Assembly: GCA_043767805.1 (NCBI GenBank)
Contig: JAYUGC010000064.1
Span: 1 to 14,724 of the forward strand
Reading direction: 5' to 3'
Length of the DNA: 14,724 nucleotides
Source of the DNA: Pseudomonadota bacterium
GTDB lineage: Bacteria; Bdellovibrionota; FAC87; UBA2466
Under the pieces are notes generated by a model. That model had not been told where the DNA came from. It was given only the letters and a program-made list of their open reading frames with translations, and searched no databases. Numbering within the stretch: the first letter of the stretch is position 1; each line of letters opens with the position of its first letter. Below, in pieces: positions 1 to 8,251 of this stretch. The position numbers were made by a program, and so were the translations under genes.

Positions 1-1
1 C

Positions 2-541
2 GATCTCATCGCGCAATCCTACTTCCACACTTACCAATTGCCGGTCACCATCGCCCGTTGCGGCAACATCTACGGCGGCGGCGACTTGAACTGGAGCCGC
101 GTCGTTCCGGGAACCATCAAGTCCCTCATTGCCGGCGAAAATCCCCAAGTCCGTAGCGACGGCACCTTCGTGCGCGACTACATCTTCGTGAAGGACGTCG
201 CTCACGCTTACTTGCGGCTCGCGGAATGCCTCGAAGAGAAGAAGCTCGGCGGCGAGGCGTTCAACTTCAGCCCTGAAAAGGCGGTCACCGTCATGGAGAT
301 CGTAAAGCTCATTGGCAAGAAAATGGGCTGCGAGCATCTGCCGCCCAAAGTGCTCAATACCGTGCAGAGCGAAATTCATTCTCAGTACCTGGACTCCGCC
401 AAGGCCAAGAAGATCCTCGGCTGGACCCCCACCTACACTTTGGAGAGCGGTCTCGAGGAGACCATCGCCTGGTACCGCAATCACCTCGCCGCGCCTCAAG
501 CGAAGCGCTTGGTACTCGCGGGTGGAAAGGGTAAGTCGTGA
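2..541 (+). CDS. NAD-dependent sugar-nucleotide 4,6-dehydratase/epimerase (extended SDR, CDP-glucose 4,6-dehydratase RfbG-like), 5'-truncated
   Basis: The frame is open from position 2 (DLIAQSYFHTYQLPVTIARCGNIYGGGDLNWSR...), so the TTG at 38 is not the real start. RCGNIYGGGD, VRDYIFVKD, GEAFNF and LGWTP...LESGLEETIAWY are typical C-terminal extended-SDR motifs. Its stop overlaps the next start (GTGA). Confidence 0.8.
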   Translation, partial: DLIAQSYFHTYQLPVTIARCGNIYGGGDLNWSRVVPGTIKSLIAGENPQVRSDGTFVRDYIFVKDVAHAYLRLAECLEEKKLGGEAFNFSPEKAVTVMEIVKLIGKKMGCEHLPPKVLNTVQSEIHSQYLDSAKAKKILGWTPTYTLESGLEETIAWYRNHLAAPQAKRLVLAGGKGKS

Positions 542-987
542 TCGAAGGCGTAGAAATTCACCCGCTCCGGCAGATTCCCGACGAGCGCGGCAAGATCATG
601 CACATGCTTAGCTCCGATGCGCCGCACTTCAAGCGCTTCGGCGAAATCTACTTCTCTTGCGTCAATCCCGGCGCGATCAAGGCCTGGCACATCCATAAAG
701 TCATGACCTTGAACTACGCGTGCATCTTCGGCCACGTTAAGTTCGTCCTCTACGACCCGCGCGAAGGCTCGCCTACGAAGGGCAAGCTGCAGGAAATCTT
801 CATCGGCGAGTCGAACTACGTGCTGGTCACCGTTCCGCCTCTCGTCTGGAACGGGTTCAAGGGTATCGGCGATAAACCCGGGATGGTGGCGAACTGTGCG
901 TCCCACGTCCACGATCCGGCGGAGATCTCGCGGCTCGATCCTTTCTCCAAAGAGATCCCTTACGATTGGGCCATTCGGCATGGCTAG
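538..987 (+). CDS. dTDP-4-dehydrorhamnose 3,5-epimerase family cupin (RmlC/RfbC-like)
   Basis: 149 aa with DERG, PGAIKAWHIH, VLYDPREGSPT and VPPLVWNGF motifs of RmlC-like epimerases; GTGA overlap with the upstream gene. Confidence 0.88.
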   Translation: MIEGVEIHPLRQIPDERGKIMHMLSSDAPHFKRFGEIYFSCVNPGAIKAWHIHKVMTLNYACIFGHVKFVLYDPREGSPTKGKLQEIFIGESNYVLVTVPPLVWNGFKGIGDKPGMVANCASHVHDPAEISRLDPFSKEIPYDWAIRHG

Positions 988-1927
988 ACGCTTTCTGGTG
1001 CTGGGCGGAGCCGGCTATGTAGGCGCCCGCCTCTCGGAGCTCCTATTGGGCTTAGGCGACGTCGTCGTCACCGCAAGAAAGCTCACGCCCGCGAAACGGG
1101 CCTGGGCCGAGTCGCGAGGGGAAGGGTTGGCTCTCCAAGCCTTCGATTCGAAAGTGACCGACAAGGCGACGCTCAAAGGGCCTTTCGACTGCGTCTTGAA
1201 TCTCGCGACCCCGGGGGCTGCCGAGAACGGAAAAGATGCGGCGGGCTCTCTCGCCGGCGCCTTGGCCTCTCTAGATACTGGTCTTGGGCTACTCAAATCC
1301 GGCCAAGCCAAACGCCTCGTTCATTTCTCGAGCTTTCACGTTTACGGCCGCCCCGGCGATACCTCCTATCGTGAGACCGACACGCCGAGCCCGACACACC
1401 CTTACGGACAAGCGCACCTCGCGTGCGAAGAACGGGCTCGTCCCTATTTCAAATCGCATTCCGTCGTCGTCCTTCGTCCCACGAACATCGTGGGAGCTCC
1501 CGCGCACGCGGACCTCGGGCCTCAAGAGAAACTCTTCTTCCTGGACTGCTGCCGCCAAGCTGCGGCCGACCGGGCCATCCGGCTAAATAACGACGGCAAA
1601 GCCCAAAGAGACTTCGTGCCTTTTGCCGACGTGCTTTCCGCCGTCGAGAGAGTGTCCCTCACTGATTCTGTGGCGTCTGGCATCTATAACCTCGCGCTCG
1701 GCCACTCGCAGACTCTGCACACCTTCGTGGGCTCGCTCGCGCGCCTCGCCTCCAAGTTCAACGGCGAGGTCGGCGTCACCTTGGGTAAAGCGCAGGACGC
1801 CTTTGAGAAGCCGTTCCGGGTGAGCACCCAGGCTCTCGAGAATACCGGCTGGATGCCCAAGGGCGATTTCGATCAAGAGATCTTGAGCACGCTGAACTTC
1901 TACAAGCGAAAGGCGATCGCCGCTTGA
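980..1927 (+). CDS. NAD(P)-dependent epimerase/dehydratase/reductase (atypical extended SDR)
   Basis: Start reassigned to ATG 980 (MARRFLVLGGAGYVG, Rossmann GxxGxxG at the N-terminus; 8-nt overlap with the upstream gene). Contains HFSSFHVYG, PYGQAH (YxxxH in place of YxxxK), LRPTNIVG, RDFV and GIYNL. Confidence 0.85.
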   Translation: MARRFLVLGGAGYVGARLSELLLGLGDVVVTARKLTPAKRAWAESRGEGLALQAFDSKVTDKATLKGPFDCVLNLATPGAAENGKDAAGSLAGALASLDTGLGLLKSGQAKRLVHFSSFHVYGRPGDTSYRETDTPSPTHPYGQAHLACEERARPYFKSHSVVVLRPTNIVGAPAHADLGPQEKLFFLDCCRQAAADRAIRLNNDGKAQRDFVPFADVLSAVERVSLTDSVASGIYNLALGHSQTLHTFVGSLARLASKFNGEVGVTLGKAQDAFEKPFRVSTQALENTGWMPKGDFDQEILSTLNFYKRKAIAA

Positions 1928-3144
1928 AACTCGTCGCCATTTCCCACTCGTGTCTCGAAGAAGTAAACCGAGCCGTTTACCGCTATCTCGCCACCGCCTT
2001 CAAGATCGACGTCCATCTCATCATCCCGAGCTTTAACGACGTGGGAGACGGCCACCGGGTATGCCCGCCCGTGGTCGGCGAGCCGTTCGAGGCAACGCTC
2101 CTCGAGCCCCAGGGCCGTCACCTTCGCCTTCGTCGCCTGAAGGGACTAAAGGCTCTGCTTCAGAAACTTGGCCCCACGCATATCTTGCTCGATGCCGATC
2201 CCTCGACGCTCATCGTGAACGAGGTTTTGAGAATCGCGCGGCCCCTGGGCGCCAAAGTCTGGTGCATGACCGCCGAAAACTTGCCCCGTCAGTACCTTCG
2301 CGAGGCGCACGAGTTTCTTTTCCGCGGGAAACTCAAAGAGGCGGTGAGTAGCGTGCTGACTTGGGCGCTTCTCCAAGGCACCAAGCGCTCTCTCCATCAT
2401 CTTTTCACCATGAGCCACGACGGGACTCGGGCCATGGAGCGCATGGGATTTCCCGGCCGCGTGACCCGCATGCCGCTCGGCTTCGATCCGAAGCTCTTTT
2501 TCCCGCAGGAGCCGGCGCGCATCGAAGCCACCCGGAAACGGCTTGGCCTCAAGCACCGAACCATCGGTTACTTCGGAAGACTGAGCCCTGAAAAAGGCAT
2601 TCACCTGCTTCTCGAAGCGGCGGCTCGCTTAAAGGATCTCGACTGGCAGATCCTCATGGATCATTTCACCCACGAGCCCACGCCCTATATCGCGAGTCTG
2701 CAAAAGATGATCGTCGACTTAGGGCTAAAAGATCGCGTCGTCTATTTCGAGTCGGCCCACCGGGATATGGCCGACTACATGAACGCGGCCGATATCGTGG
2801 TGCTCGCTTCCGTCACGACGCCCCGATGGAAAGAGCAATACGGCCGGGTCATTCCCGAGGCCATGGCTTGCGGCAAAGTGCCCCTTGGCAGCTCGAGTGG
2901 CACGATTCCGGAGCTCATCGGGGACTGCGGCTACCTCTTCCCCGAAGGCGACGTCACCACCCTGACGAGCGAGCTTAGAAAGCTGCTCACTCAAGATAAG
3001 GGGCAGCTTGCGGCCGTCGGCAAGAAAGCCGCTCAGAGAGCGAAAGACCTACTCAGCATCCACACTCAAGCGGAGATCTGGGCCGACCTATTGAAGGCCT
3101 CGTCTCCCGCCTCCACGCGCCGGCATCTGCGCGCGGTTCGCTAA
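1924..3144 (+). CDS. Glycosyltransferase family 4 (GT-B retaining) protein
   Basis: 406 aa with GYFGRLSPEKG and the E-x7-E motif EQYGRVIPEAMACG; TTGA overlap with the upstream gene. Confidence 0.9.
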   Translation: MKLVAISHSCLEEVNRAVYRYLATAFKIDVHLIIPSFNDVGDGHRVCPPVVGEPFEATLLEPQGRHLRLRRLKGLKALLQKLGPTHILLDADPSTLIVNEVLRIARPLGAKVWCMTAENLPRQYLREAHEFLFRGKLKEAVSSVLTWALLQGTKRSLHHLFTMSHDGTRAMERMGFPGRVTRMPLGFDPKLFFPQEPARIEATRKRLGLKHRTIGYFGRLSPEKGIHLLLEAAARLKDLDWQILMDHFTHEPTPYIASLQKMIVDLGLKDRVVYFESAHRDMADYMNAADIVVLASVTTPRWKEQYGRVIPEAMACGKVPLGSSSGTIPELIGDCGYLFPEGDVTTLTSELRKLLTQDKGQLAAVGKKAAQRAKDLLSIHTQAEIWADLLKASSPASTRRHLRAVR

Positions 3145-4265
3145 GCCCGTTTCCGCTTCGGAAATTCCAGAACGAAGCAGGTGTTGGGCGCAGTTCTGTC
3201 GTAGTAGAGCGTGCCGAGGTTACTTTCGACGAGGCCCTTGGAAATGCTGAGGCCCAGTCCCGTGCCCGCCCCGACGTCTTTAGTCGTGAAGAACGGGTCG
3301 AAAATGCGGTCGAGGATTTGCGTGGGCACGCCCCCGCCGCTATCGCTGACTCTAATCACGACCTTCTTGTCGTTTTCCGTCACTTCGATTTTGACCCATT
3401 TATCCTCGAGGCCCGAGACGGCATCAAAAGCGTTGGAAAGAAGATTCAATAAGATTTGGGATATCTGCACGGGACGGCAATAGAGGTTCAGATCGATGGT
3501 GACCTGGCTGCGCTCGAGCCGGATAGCGTGATGACGAAAGCGCTCGCCACAGAGATCGACGGCGTCCTCGATGAGCCGGCTCACGGGCACCCACTCCATG
3601 GGATCGTCGTCCATATCCCGCGCCACCGCCCTAAGGCCGCGCACCACACGGGCAATGCGCCCCGCGGTAGCCGCGATTCTGCCCGCCACATAACCCAAGC
3701 GTTTGCGGTCCATCTCCCCCGACTGAACGGTGCGGGTAATTTCCTCGGCGAAGCCCAAAACGATGGCGAGAGGGTTATTGATCTCGTGGGCGATACCACC
3801 GGCCATCTGACCGAGCGTGGATAGCTTCGCCGACACCATCATCTTCTGCTCTTGCGCCTTTTGCTTGGTGACGTCCACGGAAATGCCCAGAAGGTACAGC
3901 GGGCGGCCTTGAGAGTCGCGCACCGCCATCTTCTTCGTGTGCAAAATCCGCTCGCCCTGAAGCCGAGTCATGATTTTCTCTTCGGGAATGTCCATGACCC
4001 CGATGCTTTTGATAATCTCCCGGTCCTTTTGCGTGAAGAACACCGCTTGAGGGTGAGGAAAGAAATCGAAATCGTTCTTACCGATCAGCTCTTCGCGGGA
4101 GTAACCAAGAAGCTCCTCGCCCGCCCGGTTGAAAAGCACGAAACGAAGGTGCTCCGCATCCTTCACGAAGATCATGTGAGGGATGTTCTCAATGATGTGA
4201 TGAATGAGCTCGAGTTGCTCGGAACTAGCAACAGGAGGCTGCTTCGGAAGTTTCTCGGATTTCAT
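3141..4265 (-). CDS. Soluble PAS/PAC-domain sensor histidine kinase (PAS-HisKA-HATPase_c), copy 1
   Basis: PAS ([24 protein letters not shown]), H-box AHEINNPL, N-box [10 protein letters not shown]1 DSGGG, F-box FDPFFTTK, G2 GTGLGL; no transmembrane segment and no receiver domain. Confidence 0.93.
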   Translation of the reverse strand: MKSEKLPKQPPVASSEQLELIHHIIENIPHMIFVKDAEHLRFVLFNRAGEELLGYSREELIGKNDFDFFPHPQAVFFTQKDREIIKSIGVMDIPEEKIMTRLQGERILHTKKMAVRDSQGRPLYLLGISVDVTKQKAQEQKMMVSAKLSTLGQMAGGIAHEINNPLAIVLGFAEEITRTVQSGEMDRKRLGYVAGRIAATAGRIARVVRGLRAVARDMDDDPMEWVPVSRLIEDAVDLCGERFRHHAIRLERSQVTIDLNLYCRPVQISQILLNLLSNAFDAVSGLEDKWVKIEVTENDKKVVIRVSDSGGGVPTQILDRIFDPFFTTKDVGAGTGLGLSISKGLVESNLGTLYYDRTAPNTCFVLEFPKRKRA

Positions 4266-4282
4266 GGGAGTGAGGATCGGAA

Positions 4283-4291
4283 GGGGGGGGG
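4283..4291. repeat. G9/C9 homopolymer tract in the predicted 5' UTR of kinase copy 1
   Basis: aaGGGGGGGGGtgg is read directly at 4281-4294. Confidence 0.9.
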
Positions 4292-4304
4292 TGGACTGTC
4301 TTCT

Positions 4305-4313
4305 ATTATACCA
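4305..4313 (-). promoter_or_regulatory. Putative extended -10 sigma70 promoter (TGGTATAAT) for PAS kinase copy 1
   Basis: The - strand reads CTGG-TATAAT, a perfect TGnTATAAT, in the 67-bp gap between the two kinases, 39 nt upstream of the ATG at 4265. Confidence 0.6.
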
Positions 4314-4332
4314 GTTCTGGGGCGGAACGAAC

Positions 4333-5457
4333 CTAGACAGGGAGCGAAAGAACGAAGCTCGTGTGGGCGGCGGCCGTGTCTAGATAAAGCCGGCCGCCAT
4401 GATCTTCGGCAATGCGTCGAGAAATGGAGAGCCCGAGCCCCGTACCCAGGCCAGCCTGTTTGGTCGTGAAAAAGGGCTCCATCAGCTGGTCGCGAATGGC
4501 GGCGGGAATACCCGGGCCGGAGTCCGTCACGGTGATATCGAGTCTGTTTTCCCTAACCGACGCTCCCAGCGAAATCCAGGCGCCCTCGGTGCCCCGCACG
4601 GCATCATGGGCGTTATTGAGCAAATTTACGATCACCTGCGAGATTTGCGTGCCCCGGCATTTGAACGCGACCTCGGGCACGGGCTCCAGGCGGAGCTCGA
4701 TCCCGTGATTGCGAATGCGCTCCCGGCAAAGTTCGAGCGTATCCGACAGAAGCCGCAAGAGGCGTTCCGGCTGGCGAGGATCCTTCTCCCCGTCGCGAGC
4801 GAACGATCGAAGCCCGCGCACGATCTTGGCGATGCGTTCCGTGGTGGTAACGATGCTCTGAGCGAAGTCGGTGAGCTTGGCCACGTTCGAGGGATCTTGC
4901 TTCAAACATTGCAGCAAGTTGAAGGCGCGCCCTTGAATGATGGCGAGAGGGTTATTGATCTCATGGGCCACCCCTCCGGCCATTTCTCCCAAAGAGGCCA
5001 TCTTGGAGGCTTGCAAAAGCGCCATCTCCGCGGCCCGGGTGGTGGTGATGTCTCGAGAAACACCGACGGTCATGACCACGTTGCCCGCATCGTCGAAAAT
5101 CGGGGACTTCACGGTGTGGTAGTAATGCACCGATCCGTCGTGGCGGTTACAGGGCTCGCAAGGGATGTCGAGGGGCTTTCCGTGAGCAAATACCCACGCA
5201 TCGTCTTTCACGTATTGCTGAGTGTAATCCGGATCGACGAAAGGAGCGTCGAGAATTCCCTTCAGCTCTTCGTTGGTCATCCCGTAAAAGACACGAAACG
5301 AGCGGTTCGCCCAAAGTAGCCGCGACTTCGGCCCTTTGACGAGCACCATGTCCGGAATCGCGTCGAGGAATTGCCGGTACGTTTCCGCGGAGCCAAGGGA
5401 AGGCAACAAGCCGTCCGGAAGCTTAAGGGACTCGGATTGTCTGTCCGCTTCATTCAC
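4333..5457 (-). CDS. Soluble PAS/PAC-domain sensor histidine kinase (PAS-HisKA-HATPase_c), copy 2
   Basis: PAS (LDAIPDMVLVK..WANRSF), H-box AHEINNPL, N-box NLLNNAHDA, G1 DSGPG, F-box MEPFFTTK, G2 GTGLGL; the GTG start overlaps the dapL stop (GTGA). Confidence 0.93.
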   Translation of the reverse strand: MNEADRQSESLKLPDGLLPSLGSAETYRQFLDAIPDMVLVKGPKSRLLWANRSFRVFYGMTNEELKGILDAPFVDPDYTQQYVKDDAWVFAHGKPLDIPCEPCNRHDGSVHYYHTVKSPIFDDAGNVVMTVGVSRDITTTRAAEMALLQASKMASLGEMAGGVAHEINNPLAIIQGRAFNLLQCLKQDPSNVAKLTDFAQSIVTTTERIAKIVRGLRSFARDGEKDPRQPERLLRLLSDTLELCRERIRNHGIELRLEPVPEVAFKCRGTQISQVIVNLLNNAHDAVRGTEGAWISLGASVRENRLDITVTDSGPGIPAAIRDQLMEPFFTTKQAGLGTGLGLSISRRIAEDHGGRLYLDTAAAHTSFVLSLPV

Positions 5458-6629
5458 CGCTTCAAATAGGTCCGTAGTTTTTCAATCGACTTGTGTAAGT
5501 CGGGCGTATCGACGGTCATCGCGAGCCGGAAGAAATACTCTCCCGCGTCCCCGAAGCCGATTCCGGGCGTCACGACCAAGCCTTGCTTGTCGATGAGGTC
5601 ACGGCAGAAGTCCATGGACTTCATCTCTCCCGGGACTTTCGCCCAGAGGAAGAAAGTCGCGTTGAGCGGAACGTACTCGATGCCAAGATCGTCGAGCCCT
5701 TGGATGAGAATCTCGCGGCGCTCGGCGTAGACCGCGCGGATGGGCGGGACGAGAGCGTCGTAATTCTGAAGGGCGAAAACGCTTGCTTCCTGGACGGAGA
5801 GCAGCGGGCCGGAATCGATATTGGTTTTTGCCCGAAGCAACCCTTCCACCAGGATGGGATTGCCGACGGCAAAGCCGATGCGCCAGCCTGTCATGTTGAA
5901 AGTCTTCGAGAACGAATGGAACTCGATGGTGACGTCCTTCGCCCCGGGAATTTCCAAAAGGCTCGGCGGGCGGTTGGCGTTATCGTAGTACATCTCGCTA
6001 TAGGCATTGTCGGAAACGAGAATCACGCCGTACTTCTTCGCGAGCGCGACCAACTCGACCAGCATTTTCCGGGGCGCGACGACCGACGTGGGATTGGACG
6101 GAAAATTGATGATGGCGTATTTCGGCTTGTGCTCCTTCATCAAGCTTTCCAGCACGTTCAAGTCGGGAAGAAAGCCCGTCTTCGACGTCATCGGAATGGG
6201 CACGGGCACGCCGCCGCCTAGCGCGATGGAGGCCGCAAATACCGGGTACCCCGGAGACGGGTACAAACATTTGTCGCCGGGATCGCAGAAGGCGATGGGA
6301 AAGTGGGCGATGGCTTCCTTGGATCCGATGAGCGCGATGACTTCCGTCTCGGGATCGAGAGAGACATTGAAGCGCCCCTGAAACCACTTCGCCACCGCCT
6401 GACGAAACTCAAAAGTTCCGTTGTAAGGCGAGTAAACGTGGTTTTTCGGATTAGCGACCGCTTCCTGAAGCTTTTTCACGATGGCGTCCGGCGTGGGCTT
6501 ATCGGGATCGCCGATGCCGAGGCTCAAGAGCTCGATGCCGCGCTTTTGGGCCGCGACCTTAATCGCGTTAATCTCGCTGAAAATATAGGGAGGGAGCTCC
6601 TCCAAGCGGCGGGATTTGCGGATTACCAT
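5454..6629 (-). CDS. dapL: LL-diaminopimelate aminotransferase (class I/II PLP aminotransferase, DapL/DapC-like)
   Basis: RLEELPPYIF, LGIGDPD, GSKEAIAH, NFPSNPT, DNAYSE and SFSKTFNMTGWRIG (PLP lysine). It lies directly after dapF-dapA-dapB, with a GGAG SD 8 nt upstream. DapL versus DapC specificity is inferred from context (no dapD/dapE here). Confidence 0.8.
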   Translation of the reverse strand: MVIRKSRRLEELPPYIFSEINAIKVAAQKRGIELLSLGIGDPDKPTPDAIVKKLQEAVANPKNHVYSPYNGTFEFRQAVAKWFQGRFNVSLDPETEVIALIGSKEAIAHFPIAFCDPGDKCLYPSPGYPVFAASIALGGGVPVPIPMTSKTGFLPDLNVLESLMKEHKPKYAIINFPSNPTSVVAPRKMLVELVALAKKYGVILVSDNAYSEMYYDNANRPPSLLEIPGAKDVTIEFHSFSKTFNMTGWRIGFAVGNPILVEGLLRAKTNIDSGPLLSVQEASVFALQNYDALVPPIRAVYAERREILIQGLDDLGIEYVPLNATFFLWAKVPGEMKSMDFCRDLIDKQGLVVTPGIGFGDAGEYFFRLAMTVDTPDLHKSIEKLRTYLKR

Positions 6630-6632
6630 GAT

Positions 6633-7370
6633 TTAAACTCCATCCTTCTTTGGGAAAAAAACTTCTTCCATCGAGTAAAGGCGAGGGCTCGCGCCGCGCG
6701 CCAAAAAGGCCGCGGCGGAAAGCGCGCCTTCGGCAAAAACTTTGCGGTCGTTCACCCGGTGCTCGATGGTGATTTGCTCGTTGGCCGAGATGAGCTTCAC
6801 CGTATGCACACCGATGATTTCCCCGGCGCGAGTCACCTGGACCTGAGGCGAAGGGAAGCCCCGTTCCGCGAGAACAGTCATGAGTTTTTTTGCGGTGCCG
6901 CTAGGAGAGTCTTTCTTGTGCTTATGGTGTTCTTCCGCGAGGACCACTTCGCATTCCCACGTTCCCGCCTCCGGAAGCTCGCTCAGAAGTTTCGCGACGA
7001 CCGCAAGACTCGGCGACGTATTAGGCGCGAGTAAAACCGCGTGCTTTTCCGAGTAGGCCCGCACTTTGGCCAGTTGCGCGTCGGTGAATCCGGTCGTGCC
7101 AATGACGATGGGAGCCGTCGCCGTTTCGAGAAGCTTGAGCGTCGCCTCGGGGCGGCTGAAGTCGATCCAGACATGCACTTTGTCCCGTTCGGGATCGGAA
7201 AGCGTGCGGCAGTCGACGCCTTCGATGGAGACGATTTTTCCTGAGCCGGTCACCGCGTCGGCGAGCTCGAGCCAGTCTTTTCCGACCGCGTAATTCTCGA
7301 GCCCGCAGAGCGTAGCCACTTCAGAGCCGACCCGGCCCGAAGCGCCGAGCACGCCTACCTTATAGATCAT
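6633..7370 (-). CDS. dapB: 4-hydroxy-tetrahydrodipicolinate reductase
   Basis: GASGRVG Rossmann motif, IDFSRPEA, VIGTTGF, APN, and the signature EEHHKHKKDSPSGTA; ATGA overlap with dapA. Confidence 0.95.
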   Translation of the reverse strand: MIYKVGVLGASGRVGSEVATLCGLENYAVGKDWLELADAVTGSGKIVSIEGVDCRTLSDPERDKVHVWIDFSRPEATLKLLETATAPIVIGTTGFTDAQLAKVRAYSEKHAVLLAPNTSPSLAVVAKLLSELPEAGTWECEVVLAEEHHKHKKDSPSGTAKKLMTVLAERGFPSPQVQVTRAGEIIGVHTVKLISANEQITIEHRVNDRKVFAEGALSAAAFLARGASPRLYSMEEVFFPKKDGV

Positions 7371-8251
7371 TTCAAAAGCTCCAATCCGTGTAGCGCGCTT
7401 TGAATGGCAGTACGAGTCTCTGGCCGGACAGGAACCAAAGGCGAGCGGAGATAATCCGCGCCCAGGCCCAGCAGGTGAAGGGCGTGCTTTACGGGAGCCG
7501 GATTACTTTCGGCGAACATCGCTTTTACGAAGGGATTGAGACGCTTTTGCAAATTCCAGGCGGCGGCCAAGTCGCCTTCTTTGAAGTAGTTATAGAGAGC
7601 GACGAACTCCGCCGGCGCCACATTGGCCGAGGCGGAAATGATGCCCGTGCCTCCCAAAGCCAGGATGGGCGCGAAGCCGTCATCATCCCCGGCGAGAAGG
7701 CTCTTTGAGGTGAGATCGCAGGTTTGGGCGATGGCGAGCCATTGCCCGAACTGACCGCTCGCTTCTTTGATGGCGATGATTTTCGGATGCTGAAATAATT
7801 TTTGCACCAGCTCGGGCGAGATATTCACGCCCGACCGGCCGGGCACGTTGTAGAGCACCACGGGAAGCCGGCCTTTGTCGGCGACTTCGGTGAAATGGCG
7901 GTAGAGACCTTCGGGAGTGGGCTTATTGTAATAAGGAGAGACGATGAGCGTCGCTTGCACGCCCAGATCGGCCGCCTCGTTGACGCTCTCGATGGTCGAT
8001 GCGGTGGCGTTTGTCCCGCAACCCGCGATGACTTTGAGTCCTTTGGGAGCGGCCGCGGCGACCGAGGCTTTAATGATTTTAATTCGCTCTTCTCGGCTGA
8101 GCGTCGGGCTTTCGGCCGTCGTCCCGCAAGGCACCAGACCATGAACGCCGGCTTCAATGACGTAACTCAGAAGCTTGCCGAGAGCCGCCTCGTCTAGCTG
8201 ACCTTTAGTAGTGAAGGGAGTGGCCAGGGCCACATAGACGCCGTCAATCAT
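7367..8251 (-). CDS. dapA: 4-hydroxy-tetrahydrodipicolinate synthase (DHDPS)
   Basis: Start reassigned to ATG 8251 (MIDGVYVALATPF; 8-nt overlap with the dapF stop). Contains GTTAES, PYYNKP, LYNVPGRS, IKEAS (Schiff-base Lys), AGDD and ESNPAPVK. Confidence 0.95.
   Translation of the reverse strand: MIDGVYVALATPFTTKGQLDEAALGKLLSYVIEAGVHGLVPCGTTAESPTLSREERIKIIKASVAAAAPKGLKVIAGCGTNATASTIESVNEAADLGVQATLIVSPYYNKPTPEGLYRHFTEVADKGRLPVVLYNVPGRSGVNISPELVQKLFQHPKIIAIKEASGQFGQWLAIAQTCDLTSKSLLAGDDDGFAPILALGGTGIISASANVAPAEFVALYNYFKEGDLAAAWNLQKRLNPFVKAMFAESNPAPVKHALHLLGLGADYLRSPLVPVRPETRTAIQSALHGLELLK

Noticed and set aside
896..979. Longer N-termini given by the ORF track (896 for the SDR, 8305 for dapA, 13464 for the kinase)
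   Set aside because: The first two overlap upstream genes extensively and precede the family-typical N-termini; for the kinase, the SD position favours TTG 13443.
4399..5319. 306-aa + strand ORF and similar + strand ORFs over the dap genes (5583-6221, 6303-7034, 8367-9209)
   Set aside because: Antisense shadows of well-supported - strand genes, with no domain motifs.
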